A stretch of DNA of 64,000 nt from positions 1,184,001-1,248,000 of the forward strand of contig OY970061.1 in NCBI GenBank assembly GCA_963705255.1, written 5' to 3'. The position numbers and the translations under genes were made by a program. Positions 53,275 to 64,000 of this stretch are shown one piece after another. Under the pieces are notes generated by a model that saw only the letters and a program-made list of their open reading frames with translations, did no database searches and was not told where the DNA came from. This stretch comes from an uncultured Methanoregulaceae archaeon. Its GTDB lineage: Archaea; Halobacteriota; Methanomicrobia; Methanomicrobiales; Methanospirillaceae. The first letter of the stretch is position 1. Every line of letters begins with the position of its first letter.

Positions 53275-54732
53275 TCACGGCACTGCGGTGATTGCTGGTG
53301 GCTGCCAGCCCGTGCCATTGAGGATGCCGGGGATCGCGGCCGGTTCAGGAGCCATGAGTCGCCAGATAACCTCGAATCCTTGTCCACTCGTGGTTGGCAA
53401 CCAGTTGTTTGCCTGAGCCGGGTCCGACGGCTGTGTGAATTGCAGGTAGATATCAACAGAGCCGTCGGTATTGTTTGTAAGCTGCGACGTGTCGCTGAAC
53501 TCGAACCGGTTGATCGGATTGGGGATCAGTGCCCCCTTCAGGTCATAGACGGTAAGCGTCCAGCCCTCATTCACGGGCGGAGCAGATGCCATGTGCATGA
53601 CGTAGTTGGTCGATCCGTTAAGCGGCGTTTTGTTGCGATCTGCCCAGCTCATAGCAAAAATCGTCTGGTCTGAGGTAAAGGCACCCAGACCAACCTGACT
53701 TACGACAGCACGCAGCGGGTAGTTGGTCCCGTACTGCCCGAAGCCTCCAATCAGATAGCCGTTGTGCTGGTCGAAGCTGGCGAGAAACAGGGTCTGGGTG
53801 TCGTTCTTGATCTGCGAAGGGCCGGCGGCTACGGCGTCTTTTAGACCCCTGATGGTGTCTTTGCTCAGGTGCACGTTATGCGAGGGTGCCATTCCGGGTC
53901 CGATCCCAACCTCCGCGAACTTGGCGAGCTCGGGCTGGTCGGCAGGCGGCGGTGGAAACTGCTCGAGCTGTTGTCCGAGCATATCGAAGAAATCAAGACC
54001 GCCGGGTATCTGATAGTACTGGATGGTCGTATTGGGATTCGTCACGTTCTCCGGCTGGTAGTTCGTCCCGTACTGGCTCAAGGGCGTCAGCGTGTAGTTA
54101 TCCTGAATGAGGTTAACAGTTGCGAGGTCGCTATTACCTTTCAGTTGGGTTGATCCTATTATCCAGATGCGGTTGTAGTCGACATTGATACGCTGGGTTC
54201 CCGCCGGGATGGGCACATTCTGCTGGTCGGGGCCGGCGATGACGTAATCGCCCGGCGGGGTGTTGTGGACGCTGCCGAGGTTCTGGAGATCGTTGGTGTA
54301 AGGGTCGATCATGGCGAGGACGAAGAAGTGGTCGTTTACCTCCGGCACATGGAGGACTTGTGGCTCTTTGCCAAGATCGAGCCATGCGATCGACGAGAGC
54401 CCATTCGAGCCCGGCGCCACAACCACCGTGCTTCCCGGGTTGTTCAGGGTGCGCACGTTATTGAATTGGTTGACCGGACCGAACGCACCGTTCGAGACGT
54501 TGATGCTGGTCATGGTCTCAAACGTCGTGTTGGTCTCGAGCAGTGGCAGGCCGTAGGTGTAGGCTTCCAGTCCAATCTCATAGCCCTTGTTGTAATCGGC
54601 TTGTGAAACGGCCGACAAGTAAGCCGTTATCAGCAATGAAGCAGTTATCAGCAGTGCCGCGCAGATAACGACGAGCACACGTCTTCGCGTAATCGCTCCG
54701 CCTATCATACTCGGAAATAGAAGTTTTGCCAT
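53275..54732 (-). CDS. DUF1254/DUF1214 domain exported protein
   Basis: 'AYTYGLPL', 'AWLDLGKEPQVLHVP', 'YGTNYPLRA', 'WTLTVYD', 'DGSVDIY', 'NWLP'. Confidence 0.9.
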   Translation of the reverse strand: MAKLLFPSMIGGAITRRRVLVVICAALLITASLLITAYLSAVSQADYNKGYEIGLEAYTYGLPLLETNTTFETMTSINVSNGAFGPVNQFNNVRTLNNPGSTVVVAPGSNGLSSIAWLDLGKEPQVLHVPEVNDHFFVLAMIDPYTNDLQNLGSVHNTPPGDYVIAGPDQQNVPIPAGTQRINVDYNRIWIIGSTQLKGNSDLATVNLIQDNYTLTPLSQYGTNYQPENVTNPNTTIQYYQIPGGLDFFDMLGQQLEQFPPPPADQPELAKFAEVGIGPGMAPSHNVHLSKDTIRGLKDAVAAGPSQIKNDTQTLFLASFDQHNGYLIGGFGQYGTNYPLRAVVSQVGLGAFTSDQTIFAMSWADRNKTPLNGSTNYVMHMASAPPVNEGWTLTVYDLKGALIPNPINRFEFSDTSQLTNNTDGSVDIYLQFTQPSDPAQANNWLPTTSGQGFEVIWRLMAPEPAAIPGILNGTGWQPPAITAVP

Positions 54733-54867
54733 TTTAAAATTTTTGTTTTGGAGATTTTATCGCATTAGCTTTTGTGCATGATCATTACAGAATATTCAAA
54801 CAACCTAATTTAATCCTTCCAAATGATTGGATAATACATCCTAGATCCTACCCTCACACCCCCTCCA

Positions 54868-54957
54868 GTCGAAAACTCTGATGAGTTTTCTCCAGCGATC
54901 TTCACCCTGCGGGCAATTCCCCGCACCCTTCGAAGAACACCTTCGGCGTTCTTCTCA
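54868..54957. repeat. REP-like hairpins
   Basis: gtcgaaaactcTGATgagttttctcc at 54868; variant tcgaagaacaccttcggcgttcttctc at 54931. Confidence 0.7.
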
Positions 54958-55188
54958 CCGCTCGGGCCTGCAACTTCGTTGCACGCCCTCACGCTTATAA
55001 ACCCCGGCACATAATATCTACCCATCAACGATCTTTCAGGTCGTTGCATACTATCCGGCGCGAGCTGCTTTGCGAAGCACCCGTTGCCGGTTGCGGGAAA
55101 CGGCGGGCACCCGCAGGTTTCCGATACAAAATCCAAGAGAATAGCATACAAGAGCATACCATAGAAGACCATAACGGAGTAATATTTT

Positions 55189-57150
55189 ATGATATTAGTA
55201 CCAGATACGAGCGTCCTTATTGACGGGCGCATAACCTCGATGATAAAGGCCGGTGAATACAAGGGTGCGACAATAATCGTTCCGGAAGCAGTGATTGCAG
55301 AACTGGAGGCCCAGGCCAACAACGGGCGCGAGATCGGGTTCTCGGGCCTCGGCGAGCTGCAGTCGCTGTGCAAAATGGCGGAAGAGAAGACCATCGAACT
55401 CAAGTTCTCCGGCGTGAGGCCGTCCCTCGAGCAGGTGAAGCTCGCGAGCGGCGGCGAGATCGACGCGATGATACGGAACATCGCGATTGAGAATGCTGCA
55501 CGGTTCATCACGAGCGACAACGTGCAGGCCGAGGTGGCACGGGCAAAGGGGCTCGATGTCATCTACTTAAAACCCCAGGTAACCGATTTTGTCCCGCTGG
55601 CGATCGACCAGTTCTTCGACGAGCACACCATCGCCGTCTACCTCAAGGAGCGGGTCCAGCCGATGGGCAAGAAGGGCACCATCAGCGAGATGAAACTCGT
55701 GAAGATCCGGGAGCAGCCCACGAGCGAGTACCAGCTCCGGATGATGGCGCAGGAGATCCTCGAGCGGGCGAAGCGCGACCCCGACGGGTTCATCGAAGTC
55801 GAGAAACGCGGGATCACTGTGGTCCAGATCGGCTCGATGCGGATCGCGATCGCACGCCGCCCCTTCAGCGACGGCATGGAGATCACCGCCGTCCGCCCGA
55901 TCGTGGACGTGACCCTGAAGGACTATGCCAAGTCCGATATTATTACAAAACGGATCACGAGCGAGAAGCGGGGCATGCTGATCATCGGCGCCCCCGGTTC
56001 CGGCAAGACCACCCTCGCCCAGAACCTCGCCACCTACCTCTCGGACAGCGGCTTCGTGGTCAAGACCATGGAAGCCCCCCGGGAGCTCCAGGTCCCCGAC
56101 CAGATCACCCAGTACACGATGCTGGACGGGAGCATGGCCAACACCGCGGACGTGCTCCTGCTCGTGCGGCCCGACTTCGTCATCTTCGACGAGCTCCGGA
56201 AGAACGAAGACTTCAACGTCTTTGCCGACATGCGCCTCGCGGGCCTCGGCATGGTCGGGGTCATCCACGCGAACGGCGTGCAGGACGCGATCCAGCGCTT
56301 CTCCGACCGGGCCGACTTCTCGGTCCTCTCGCAGATCTTCAACACGGTCATCTTCGTCAGGCAGGGCATCATCACCAAGGTCTACGATGTCGGGTTCACC
56401 ATCAAGGTCCCCGAGGGGATGGCAAGCGAGATGCACCTCCGCCCGGTCACGACGATCACCGACCACGAGACGGGCGAGCTCGTGCTCGACGTCTTCCGGT
56501 ACGATGGCGAGACCATCGTGATGCCGGTCATGGCAGCGGCCCCTGCATCAGCCCCGGCTCCCCGCTCCGCCCAGATCCAGGTGCAGCACGTCGGCCAGCC
56601 GGTCCTCCCTTCCCAGCCGGTCAGGACGCCGTCGCAGGCCCCGGATGCGGCAAAGAAGGAACCCGAGGAGCGGACCGGCTGGAAACTCACCGAGAAGGAG
56701 ATCCAGCGGGAGATCGGCAGGTACACCGAAGGATTCGTCGATGTCCAGATGATCAGCGACACCAAGGCCGTGGTCTACATCGACGACAAGGACGTGCCGG
56801 CCGCGATCGGCAAAGGCGGCAAGAACGTCTCGGCGATCGTCAACAAGCTCGGCATCGGGATCGACATCAAGCCCCGCACGGAGTTCGACCGCCAGCAGGC
56901 ACAGCCCAGGGCGGATGAGGAGTTCAGCCTCGGCGGCGGCATAAAGATCCAGACCGACAAGAAACAGCTCACGATCATCGCCCCCGGCGAGAGCGGCAGG
57001 ATCGTGGACGTCTTTGCCGGCAAGGAGTACCTCTTCACCGCCACCGTCAACGAGAGCGGGGAGATCCACCTAGCGAAGAACTCGAGCATCGCCCAGGAGA
57101 TGATCCGGCGCCATGCCAACAACGAGGTCATCAGGCTGAGGCCGGTATAA
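55189..57150 (+). CDS. PIN-domain/VirB11-like ATPase/KH protein (archaeal PINA family)
   Basis: 'LVPDTSVLIDG', 'AELEAQAN.GREIG', 'GAPGSGKTT', 'RPDFVIFDELR', KH 'AIGKGGKN'. Confidence 0.92.
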   Translation: MILVPDTSVLIDGRITSMIKAGEYKGATIIVPEAVIAELEAQANNGREIGFSGLGELQSLCKMAEEKTIELKFSGVRPSLEQVKLASGGEIDAMIRNIAIENAARFITSDNVQAEVARAKGLDVIYLKPQVTDFVPLAIDQFFDEHTIAVYLKERVQPMGKKGTISEMKLVKIREQPTSEYQLRMMAQEILERAKRDPDGFIEVEKRGITVVQIGSMRIAIARRPFSDGMEITAVRPIVDVTLKDYAKSDIITKRITSEKRGMLIIGAPGSGKTTLAQNLATYLSDSGFVVKTMEAPRELQVPDQITQYTMLDGSMANTADVLLLVRPDFVIFDELRKNEDFNVFADMRLAGLGMVGVIHANGVQDAIQRFSDRADFSVLSQIFNTVIFVRQGIITKVYDVGFTIKVPEGMASEMHLRPVTTITDHETGELVLDVFRYDGETIVMPVMAAAPASAPAPRSAQIQVQHVGQPVLPSQPVRTPSQAPDAAKKEPEERTGWKLTEKEIQREIGRYTEGFVDVQMISDTKAVVYIDDKDVPAAIGKGGKNVSAIVNKLGIGIDIKPRTEFDRQQAQPRADEEFSLGGGIKIQTDKKQLTIIAPGESGRIVDVFAGKEYLFTATVNESGEIHLAKNSSIAQEMIRRHANNEVIRLRPV

Positions 57151-57182
57151 GGAGAACCCCTTTTTCCGGAAGGTGAATCAGA

Positions 57183-59963
57183 GTGAGTGAATTCGATCTC
57201 CTGAAATTCGAGGAAGAGGCGCACGAGAGATGGCTCCACGCGTTCGAGTCCAATCCCGGCACCCTTGAAAAATTCTACCTGAATGTTGCCTACCCGTACC
57301 CGAGCGGTGCAATGCACGTGGGGCATGGCAGGACCTACATCGTCCCCGACGTCATCGCACGGTTCTGGCGGATGCGGGGCAGGCAGGTGCTCTACCCGAT
57401 GGCATTCCACGTCACGGGCGCCCCCGTCATCGGCGTCTCGAAACGGATCGCCCGGAGAGACGAGAAGACGATCCGGCTCTACCGCGACCTGTACAAGGTC
57501 CCGCAGGACGTGCTCGACGGGTTCGTCGAGCCGCTGACCATCGTCCGCCACTTCGCGAGCGAGTACCAGCGGGTCATGACCGCCTGCGGGCTCTCGATCG
57601 ACTGGCGGCGGCGGTTCACCACGGTCGACCCCACGTACAGCAAATTCATCGAGTGGCAGTGGAAGCACCTCTACGAGGCCGGGCACGTCATCAAGGGCGT
57701 CCACCCCGTGCGCTACTGCACCGTGGACGACAACCCGGTCGGCGACCACGACCTGCTCGAAGGGGACAAGGCCGAGGTGATCAGGTTCACGCTCGTCATG
57801 TTCCGGTTCGGGGACTCCTTCATCCCGACCGCGACCCTCCGCCCCGAGACCATCCATGGAGTCACCAACCTCTGGGCCAACCCGGACGTCACTTACGTGA
57901 AGGCACTCGTGGACGGGAAAGCCTGGATCGTCTCGAAGGAGGCGGCCGAGAAGCTCGCCCTCCAGGACCACACGGTCGAGGTACAGGAAGAGGTCCCGGG
58001 AAAAGATCTCGTAGACAAGAAGGTCTCTCACCCGCTCTGCGGCGAGATATCCATCCTGCCGGCCGGCTTTGTCGACCCGGACATGGCGAGCGGCCTCGTC
58101 ATGAGCGTCCCCGCCCACGCCCCGTTCGACTATATCGCCCTCCGCGACCTCCAGCAGGCGGGAAGATATAAGGAGATCAGGCCGATCCCCCTCATCAGGG
58201 TCGAAGGCTACGGCGAGGTCCCCGCCCAGTCAGCGGTCGAGAAGGCAGGCATCAAGAACCAGATGGACAGCCGGATGGACGCACTCACCCAGGAGATCTA
58301 CTCGGCCGAGTTCTCGAAAGGAAGACTCTTCGACAAGTACGGCGGGAAGCCGGTGCGGGTGGCCCGGGACGAGGTCGCGGACCTGATGACCGCGAAGTAC
58401 GACTCCGGGGTCATGTACGAGTTCGACGTCCGCCCGGTCGTCTGCCGCTGCGGCAACCGGGTCAAAGTCAAGATCCTCCACGACCAGTGGTTCCTGAGAT
58501 ATTCCGACCCGGCCTGGAAGCAGCAGGTCTCCGACCACCTGAAGGACATGACGCTTGTACCCCCCGAGGTCCGGCTAGAGTTCGACCGCACGGTTGACTG
58601 GCTCAAGGACTGGGCCTGCACCCGGCGGGTCGGCCTTGGCACCCGCTTTCCCTGGGACCCGGCCCAGCTGATCGAGCCGCTCTCGGACTCAACAATCTAC
58701 ATGGCCTATTACACTATCGCCCACCGGATCCGGGAGATCGACTCCAAGCTCTTAACTCCGGAAGTCTTCGAGTACATCTTCCTCGGGAAAGAGAACAAGG
58801 AACTGCCCGAGAGGAAGAAGCTCGAGGCCATGAGGAAGGAGTTCCTCTACTGGTACCCCTACGACTTCCGGTTCTCGGCAAAGGACCTCATCTCCAACCA
58901 CCTCACCTTCCAGCTCTTCCATCACGTCACCATCTTCCCGAAGGAGAAACTCCCGAAGGGCATGGTCGTCTTCGGCATGGGCCTCCTGAACGGCGCCAAG
59001 ATGTCCTCCTCGAAGGGCAACGTCTTCCTGCTGGAGGACGCGGTGAAGGAGTTCGGGGCCGACACCGTCCGGATGTTCCTGATGGGCAGCGCCGAGCCCT
59101 GGCAGGACTTTGACTGGAGGAACGAACTCGTCCTCTCGACAAAGAAGCAGATCGAGCGGTTCTACAACACCGTGATGGACGTGAAAGACGCAGGCGGCGA
59201 GCCGCACGACATCGACCGCTGGCTGATCGGCCGGCTCCAGTCGCACATAGCGAAGACCACCGAGGCCCTCGTGAACTTCCAGACCCGGCAGGCCCTGCAG
59301 GAGGCCTACTTCGGGATCGAGACCGACCTGAAGTGGTACCGCCGCAGGCTCCCGGAAGGGAACGACGGGAGCAGGGAGCTCCACACGCTCTGCTCGGCCT
59401 GGGTCCGGCTCCTTGCCCCGTTCATCCCGTTCACGGGCGAGCACCTCTGGAAAGAACTGGCAGGCGAAGGGCTCGTCTCGTTCGCCGCATGGCCGGTCGC
59501 GGACGAAAACCTCGTCAACGGGAAGATCGAGCTCGCGGAAGAGCTCCTTTCAAGGACCGTGGAGGACATCGAGTCCATCCAGAAACTGATCCAGCTCACG
59601 CCCAGATCGATCACCATCGCCCTTGCCCCGGAATGGAAGCACGAGGTCTTCCGCACGATCGCACAGTCCAGCGACAGGAACACCGTGATCAAAGAGATCA
59701 TGAAGGACGATACCATGCGGAAGCGCGGGAAGGACGCGACCGATGCCGCAAGGCAGTGCACAACCCTCATCCACCGCCTGCCGCCGCAGGTTGTCGAACC
59801 GCTCGTCCGGGAGCCCATCAGCGAGCAGGCAGTCTTCGAGTCCGCCCGGACCTTCCTCGAGCAGGAGTTCGGGGTCCCGGTCCACGTCACTGAAGCAGAG
59901 ACAAGCGGGCACGTGAAGGCCCTCACCGCCCTGCCGTTCAAGCCGGCGATCATCATCGAATAA
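57183..59963 (+). CDS. leuS: Leucine--tRNA ligase (archaeal type)
   Basis: '[13 protein letters not shown]', 'TLRPET', '[11 protein letters not shown]', 'KDLISNHL', 'KMSSSKGN', C-terminal '[11 protein letters not shown]'. Confidence 0.98.
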   Translation: MSEFDLLKFEEEAHERWLHAFESNPGTLEKFYLNVAYPYPSGAMHVGHGRTYIVPDVIARFWRMRGRQVLYPMAFHVTGAPVIGVSKRIARRDEKTIRLYRDLYKVPQDVLDGFVEPLTIVRHFASEYQRVMTACGLSIDWRRRFTTVDPTYSKFIEWQWKHLYEAGHVIKGVHPVRYCTVDDNPVGDHDLLEGDKAEVIRFTLVMFRFGDSFIPTATLRPETIHGVTNLWANPDVTYVKALVDGKAWIVSKEAAEKLALQDHTVEVQEEVPGKDLVDKKVSHPLCGEISILPAGFVDPDMASGLVMSVPAHAPFDYIALRDLQQAGRYKEIRPIPLIRVEGYGEVPAQSAVEKAGIKNQMDSRMDALTQEIYSAEFSKGRLFDKYGGKPVRVARDEVADLMTAKYDSGVMYEFDVRPVVCRCGNRVKVKILHDQWFLRYSDPAWKQQVSDHLKDMTLVPPEVRLEFDRTVDWLKDWACTRRVGLGTRFPWDPAQLIEPLSDSTIYMAYYTIAHRIREIDSKLLTPEVFEYIFLGKENKELPERKKLEAMRKEFLYWYPYDFRFSAKDLISNHLTFQLFHHVTIFPKEKLPKGMVVFGMGLLNGAKMSSSKGNVFLLEDAVKEFGADTVRMFLMGSAEPWQDFDWRNELVLSTKKQIERFYNTVMDVKDAGGEPHDIDRWLIGRLQSHIAKTTEALVNFQTRQALQEAYFGIETDLKWYRRRLPEGNDGSRELHTLCSAWVRLLAPFIPFTGEHLWKELAGEGLVSFAAWPVADENLVNGKIELAEELLSRTVEDIESIQKLIQLTPRSITIALAPEWKHEVFRTIAQSSDRNTVIKEIMKDDTMRKRGKDATDAARQCTTLIHRLPPQVVEPLVREPISEQAVFESARTFLEQEFGVPVHVTEAETSGHVKALTALPFKPAIIIE

Positions 59964-60402
59964 TTTTTTTTTGGGCGTTCTGGCTGGAAGTCTTCAGGAG
60001 AGAAAGCCATTCATTGGACTCCAAATCGTTTTTTGACAATAATCCTGACAGGAAACAAGCGCGCAGTAGTTATACTATATAAATATTTCATTTTTCCTGA
60101 TTTATTTCTAACCGGATATCTATGAATCTAACGGAATCTGGAGGAGATCTGCTCATTCCGCTTTCAATTATATTAGTTTTCATATTGCAATCTTCAATTT
60201 TTTATGTAATTTCTCTTTTTTCCGTTTTACTATCTTGCAGATTTCATCCGGCCGTAATTTAGCGGTAATGAAGGCATTGTTGGTGGATTATCCGGTCAAT
60301 CCAACCGTTTTCAAGTTATGCAAAATATAACAAAAAATATATAGCGCATCTGCAGATTTTTGAATTATCACAACAGGATGACACATACTCGGATGTGAAA
60401 CC

Positions 60403-60954
60403 ATGAAAATGAAATTATTGATTATTGGACTTCTGGTCATTGCAACAGCATTGATGGTTGCGCCGGTGATGGCGGATTCAGCAACAAACGTCACAGGAAA
60501 TCCGACAAGCGTAATAAGCCTTTCTATCACCGGAGGAGTTGTCACACTGACTTTAAATCCTCAGGGGACTAATCCCGCGACCGATAATAGCCAAACATTA
60601 ACGGTGTCAGCGAATGGCGTTGGGTGGACAGTTGCAGCCTCTGATAACCTGGATTATGGCAAACCATCAGGAACAACGGGCCATATGTCTGAATCAGATC
60701 AATACCAGGCGTATATTACCTCTAGCCCTAAAACCCTGACTGCTGTCATGAATGTTACCGGGCAAACTATGACAGGGGCTAATGGTGCCACCGTAAAATT
60801 AGATACTGGCGGGGTAATTGAAACAGGAACTACGGCGGTAAGTGGTACAACAGGACATGTGCAATTCTCGCAAATTGCAAATTACGTTGATACAGTTCTT
60901 ACAAATGGTGAAAATTACAAAATAATCGTCACATTCACCGGCACACCGGGATAA
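60403..60954 (+). CDS. Secreted WxL-like/pilin-like beta-sandwich protein A
   Basis: Class I signal peptide (APVMA|D), 'GWTVAASD', C-terminal 'GENYKIIVTFTG'; no anchor. Confidence 0.65.
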   Translation: MKMKLLIIGLLVIATALMVAPVMADSATNVTGNPTSVISLSITGGVVTLTLNPQGTNPATDNSQTLTVSANGVGWTVAASDNLDYGKPSGTTGHMSESDQYQAYITSSPKTLTAVMNVTGQTMTGANGATVKLDTGGVIETGTTAVSGTTGHVQFSQIANYVDTVLTNGENYKIIVTFTGTPG

Positions 60955-61037
60955 TAAGGGGGATGAATTAAAAATTTATTTCTAATACATATTTTTAAGT
61001 GTTTGAACCTTGAGGGTAGTATATCAGGAGATACGGC

Positions 61038-61556
61038 ATGTTGAAACGGTTAATGGTAATAGTTTTACTGCTGGTACTACTATGCCTCGTACCGGTTACG
61101 GCTGATCCTGCTATCGATGTTTCAGTATCCGGAACTATTGATAATATGCCATTCACTCCCGGGCAAACCAGCACGAATAGTTCTGGCATTGAACTATCCA
61201 TAACAACTTCAGGAATCACTACCGGATGGTCAGTGGAAGTGAGCGATCTTTCAGATGATGGCAAACCCCCAAGCTATGCCGGTCGTCTGGTAGAATGGGA
61301 TGGTTCGCAATATGTAACGCCAAATCCTCATGTTTTGGGAACAAACCTGACCGTAACAGGATACGGTGAGACGGATATGAATAATTCCACAGCAGTATTG
61401 GGTCCAATCGGGGGAATTATTGAATCCGGATCAACAAATAACACGTGGTCAGGTATTCCCATCATAATCAAGCAATATGTTGATTATAATGATCTGCACC
61501 TGACCGGTGGAAACGTTTATAAAACAACGATTACCTTCAAAGGTACTGCTACCTGA
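61038..61556 (+). CDS. Secreted WxL-like/pilin-like protein B (paralog of A)
   Basis: Signal peptide (PVTA|D), 'GWSVEVSD', 'GKP', 'GGIIESG', 'GNVYKTTITFKG' all align to A. Confidence 0.65.
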   Translation: MLKRLMVIVLLLVLLCLVPVTADPAIDVSVSGTIDNMPFTPGQTSTNSSGIELSITTSGITTGWSVEVSDLSDDGKPPSYAGRLVEWDGSQYVTPNPHVLGTNLTVTGYGETDMNNSTAVLGPIGGIIESGSTNNTWSGIPIIIKQYVDYNDLHLTGGNVYKTTITFKGTAT

Positions 61557-61618
61557 TCGCGGGTGCTGAGAATTTACATAAAAAATTTATATTCTATGAC
61601 AAATTATTACCAAAGAGG

Positions 61619-62995
61619 TTGAAAATGAGGAATGTCGTGGGAAAATATCTGACAATCGGATTCGTTGTATTATGTCTTATGCTGGTAATTCCGGCAGCGG
61701 TATCAGCAATCAGTGTATCCGGGGCAAAATATATGGGGAGCATCGCTCCCGGGGGGACAGATACCCAGATAATAACAGTTGGTGTAGGATCCAATGAAAA
61801 TCCTTCTGATATTGCAATAGATGTTTTTGGGTTCGGCCAGAACATAGATCAGACGTATACCAACATTCTTCCGGCAAATGATCTCAGTCCGTATTCCGCC
61901 AGGTCATTCATCGCCATTGATAACAGTACCTTCCATCTTGAACCCGGGATGACAAAAACGGTGAAGGCGACAATCACACTTCCGACGAACGTGGGTAGTG
62001 GTGGCAGGTATGCAATTATCTATGTTCACGCCCTTCCGGGAAAGGGACAATTTGCTACGACTGCAATAAATATTCCGGTATTAATCACAATTGCCGGGCA
62101 AACTCCAACAGAAACCGGCAGTATTACCGGTCTGGACGTGGCCGATGTAATTGCCGGACAACCCATTCAGGTTGTTACGACTCTTAAAAATACAGGTAAC
62201 CTGCATTATTATCATACAGTAAATACCGTAAAACTGACCGATAGTAATGGAAACGTTATCGCTAACACGTCAACTCAGCCATCCGTTTTTGCAATTATCC
62301 CGGGTAGCACGGTACGGTATACCCTGCAATCAGATGTGAAAAATTTACCGGTCGGGACCTACACAGCAGATTCCAAAGTCCTGCTTGAAGATGGCACGGT
62401 TCTCGATGAAAAAACGACGACATTCGCGGTAAAGACGAATTACGTTCCCCCGGTGACAGAATCAAATATCACCCTCACACCGGGAAGTGCGGGAACCCTA
62501 ACCTCTCCCGATGGCCGGTACTCAGTCTCATTCCCGCAGGGTGCAGTATTAGGCGATGCTATAGTGACCCTGAAACCATACTCCAGAGATAAACTCGAGG
62601 CAGCCCCGTCAAATGCCAAACTGGGGGCAACCTGTTTTGAGATCACCGGCCTCACCGGCCTGCTCAGCAAGGACGCCACGGTTTTGGTCAAATATTCTGG
62701 GGACGATCTCGCAGCAGCTGGAGGGGATGCATCGCAGTTGAAACTCTCGTACTGGGACGCTGCACAGAATGCATGGGTCATTCTGCCCACGCAGGTAGAT
62801 GCCGGAAGCACAACGCTGACCGCCACGACCAATCACCTGAGCGTCTGGGCTGTCATGGTCTCGTCTTCATCAACAACGAGTGGAGCATCAGCCGCGGCAG
62901 TGCCTACGAAGGCCCCCCTGCCTGCAGTCGTGAGCCTGTCAGCCCTCATCATAGCCGTCATCATTTCCTGCGACCTGTCACGGAAAAGGAAATGA
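61619..62995 (+). CDS. DUF916/DUF3324-like (chaperone-like Ig) surface protein with C-terminal sorting/anchor segment
   Basis: '[18 protein letters not shown]...GGRYAII', 'LKNTGNLH', 'NHLSVWAVM', Ser/Thr linker, 'KAPLP' plus TM helix plus RKRK. Confidence 0.65.
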   Translation: MKMRNVVGKYLTIGFVVLCLMLVIPAAVSAISVSGAKYMGSIAPGGTDTQIITVGVGSNENPSDIAIDVFGFGQNIDQTYTNILPANDLSPYSARSFIAIDNSTFHLEPGMTKTVKATITLPTNVGSGGRYAIIYVHALPGKGQFATTAINIPVLITIAGQTPTETGSITGLDVADVIAGQPIQVVTTLKNTGNLHYYHTVNTVKLTDSNGNVIANTSTQPSVFAIIPGSTVRYTLQSDVKNLPVGTYTADSKVLLEDGTVLDEKTTTFAVKTNYVPPVTESNITLTPGSAGTLTSPDGRYSVSFPQGAVLGDAIVTLKPYSRDKLEAAPSNAKLGATCFEITGLTGLLSKDATVLVKYSGDDLAAAGGDASQLKLSYWDAAQNAWVILPTQVDAGSTTLTATTNHLSVWAVMVSSSSTTSGASAAAVPTKAPLPAVVSLSALIIAVIISCDLSRKRK

Positions 62996-64000
62996 TGGCG
63001 AAAAAAAATCATTTTGCTTTTATCGTCGTCTGCTTCTGTCTCATTACGATATCGTTTTTCCTGAGCAGTCCCGCAGCTGCAACAGGTACCGCTTCTGTAG
63101 TCATTATAGGAAATATTGTTTATCCCCCTGTTGCCCTGTTCACCTCAGACGTAACAACGGGGGCCGCACCACTTTCCGTGCAGTTTACAGACCAGTCAAC
63201 GCACGTGCCGGCATCCTGGTACTGGGACTTCGGTGACGGCACGAATTCAACCGACCAGAACCCGGCGCACACCTATGCAAGCGGGATTTATACCGTCAAC
63301 CTGACCGTGACCAATGCCGCAGGAACATCCACAAATGTATCGGAGAAGTACATCACCGCCTTCGCCTCCCAGAAGACCGTGACCTACACCTCCACGGCGG
63401 GACTGACCGGGACAACTGCCGTTTCGCTCAACATCTCGCAATTTACTACATCCGGTGGGACCCAGTCCCTGTCAGGGAATGCCCTGACCCTGACCTATCC
63501 GTCCGGTTCGGCATTCAGCCAGATGACGATCAACCTGAACTCTGTAGATAATTCCAGTGGGAACATCGCCGGGACGGTCAGTTCCGTAGTACTGGAGACC
63601 ACCCCCATCACCGGTACGCTGCCCTCCACCGGGGAGAGCGAAAAACATTCCCTGAATATCCAGTTAAATTCACTTCCGCCAGCCGGAACACAGATCACCA
63701 CCACCGTTATCGAAGGCGCGGACACGAGCAGCAAGGATAAGTTCCAGACATTTGCAGCGTCCAATGGTCTTTCGCTGGTCGACACCAGCTTCGAACTGGT
63801 CGTCTCAGACAATATCCCCCCCTCGTCCATCGCAAATGCCGAGATCACCATGGAAGTTCCTGCATCCTGGTACAATACCTATGGTTCAAAGACCGTGAGA
63901 GTGATGCGGTCTCGACAGCGGGGGATCGGTCTCGATGCTTGACACGACATTTTCCGGGTTTGACGGGTCCAACGCTGTCTACACCGCACGCTCACCGTAC
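62992..64000 (+). CDS. PKD-domain surface protein, probably with a PGF-pre-PGF-like domain; frameshift near 63915; truncated by window end
   Basis: Start overlaps the previous stop (ATGA); '[12 protein letters not shown]', 'WYWDFGDG', 'QNPAHTY', 'ITMEVPASW'. Confidence 0.8.

Noticed and set aside
1127-63942. Frameshifts in CBS-ParB, NDP-sugar synthase, cobQ, ABC permease, both platform genes, the ATPase, DUF2226-like genes, RND and PKD genes as pseudogenes or programmed frameshifts
   Set aside because: Both halves remain highly conserved, breaks are small indels often in short homopolymers, and they hit unrelated genes evenly. This pattern fits long-read assembly error; read polishing would settle it.
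1-64000. tRNA, rRNA, SRP or RNase P genes; integrase or transposase genes
   Set aside because: No characteristic motifs recognised by eye; a tRNAscan/Infernal run would be needed to exclude them formally

Overview
Archaeal chromosomal window, most consistent with a Methanomicrobiales methanogen (Methanoregula-like; inferred from gene content and protein style). Housekeeping genes include thioredoxin, CBS-ParB, an NDP-sugar synthase, cobQ, SUI1, hisI, PINA ATPase and leuS. Larger loci are: two COG1361 S-layer-like/transporter operons (ABC-MacB type and RND/MMPL type); a type IV pilus/T2SS-like assembly locus embedded in Roadblock, MinD, REC-PAS and V4R genes with a prepilin peptidase; a low-GC island with a stand-alone TIR (CAP12/Pycsar-type) protein; an accessory region (47.4-53.2 kb) rich in non-coding repeats; and a surface-protein operon at the right end resembling WxL/DUF916 clusters, possibly a donor-strand pilus. 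Non-coding elements include two copies of a MITE with 8-bp target duplications and a dispersed family of stem-variable hairpins with a conserved TGAY loop. About a dozen otherwise intact genes carry small frame-breaking indels, most likely assembly errors. No tRNA, rRNA or CRISPR array was recognised. All protein calls come from motif recognition by eye, not from database searches.
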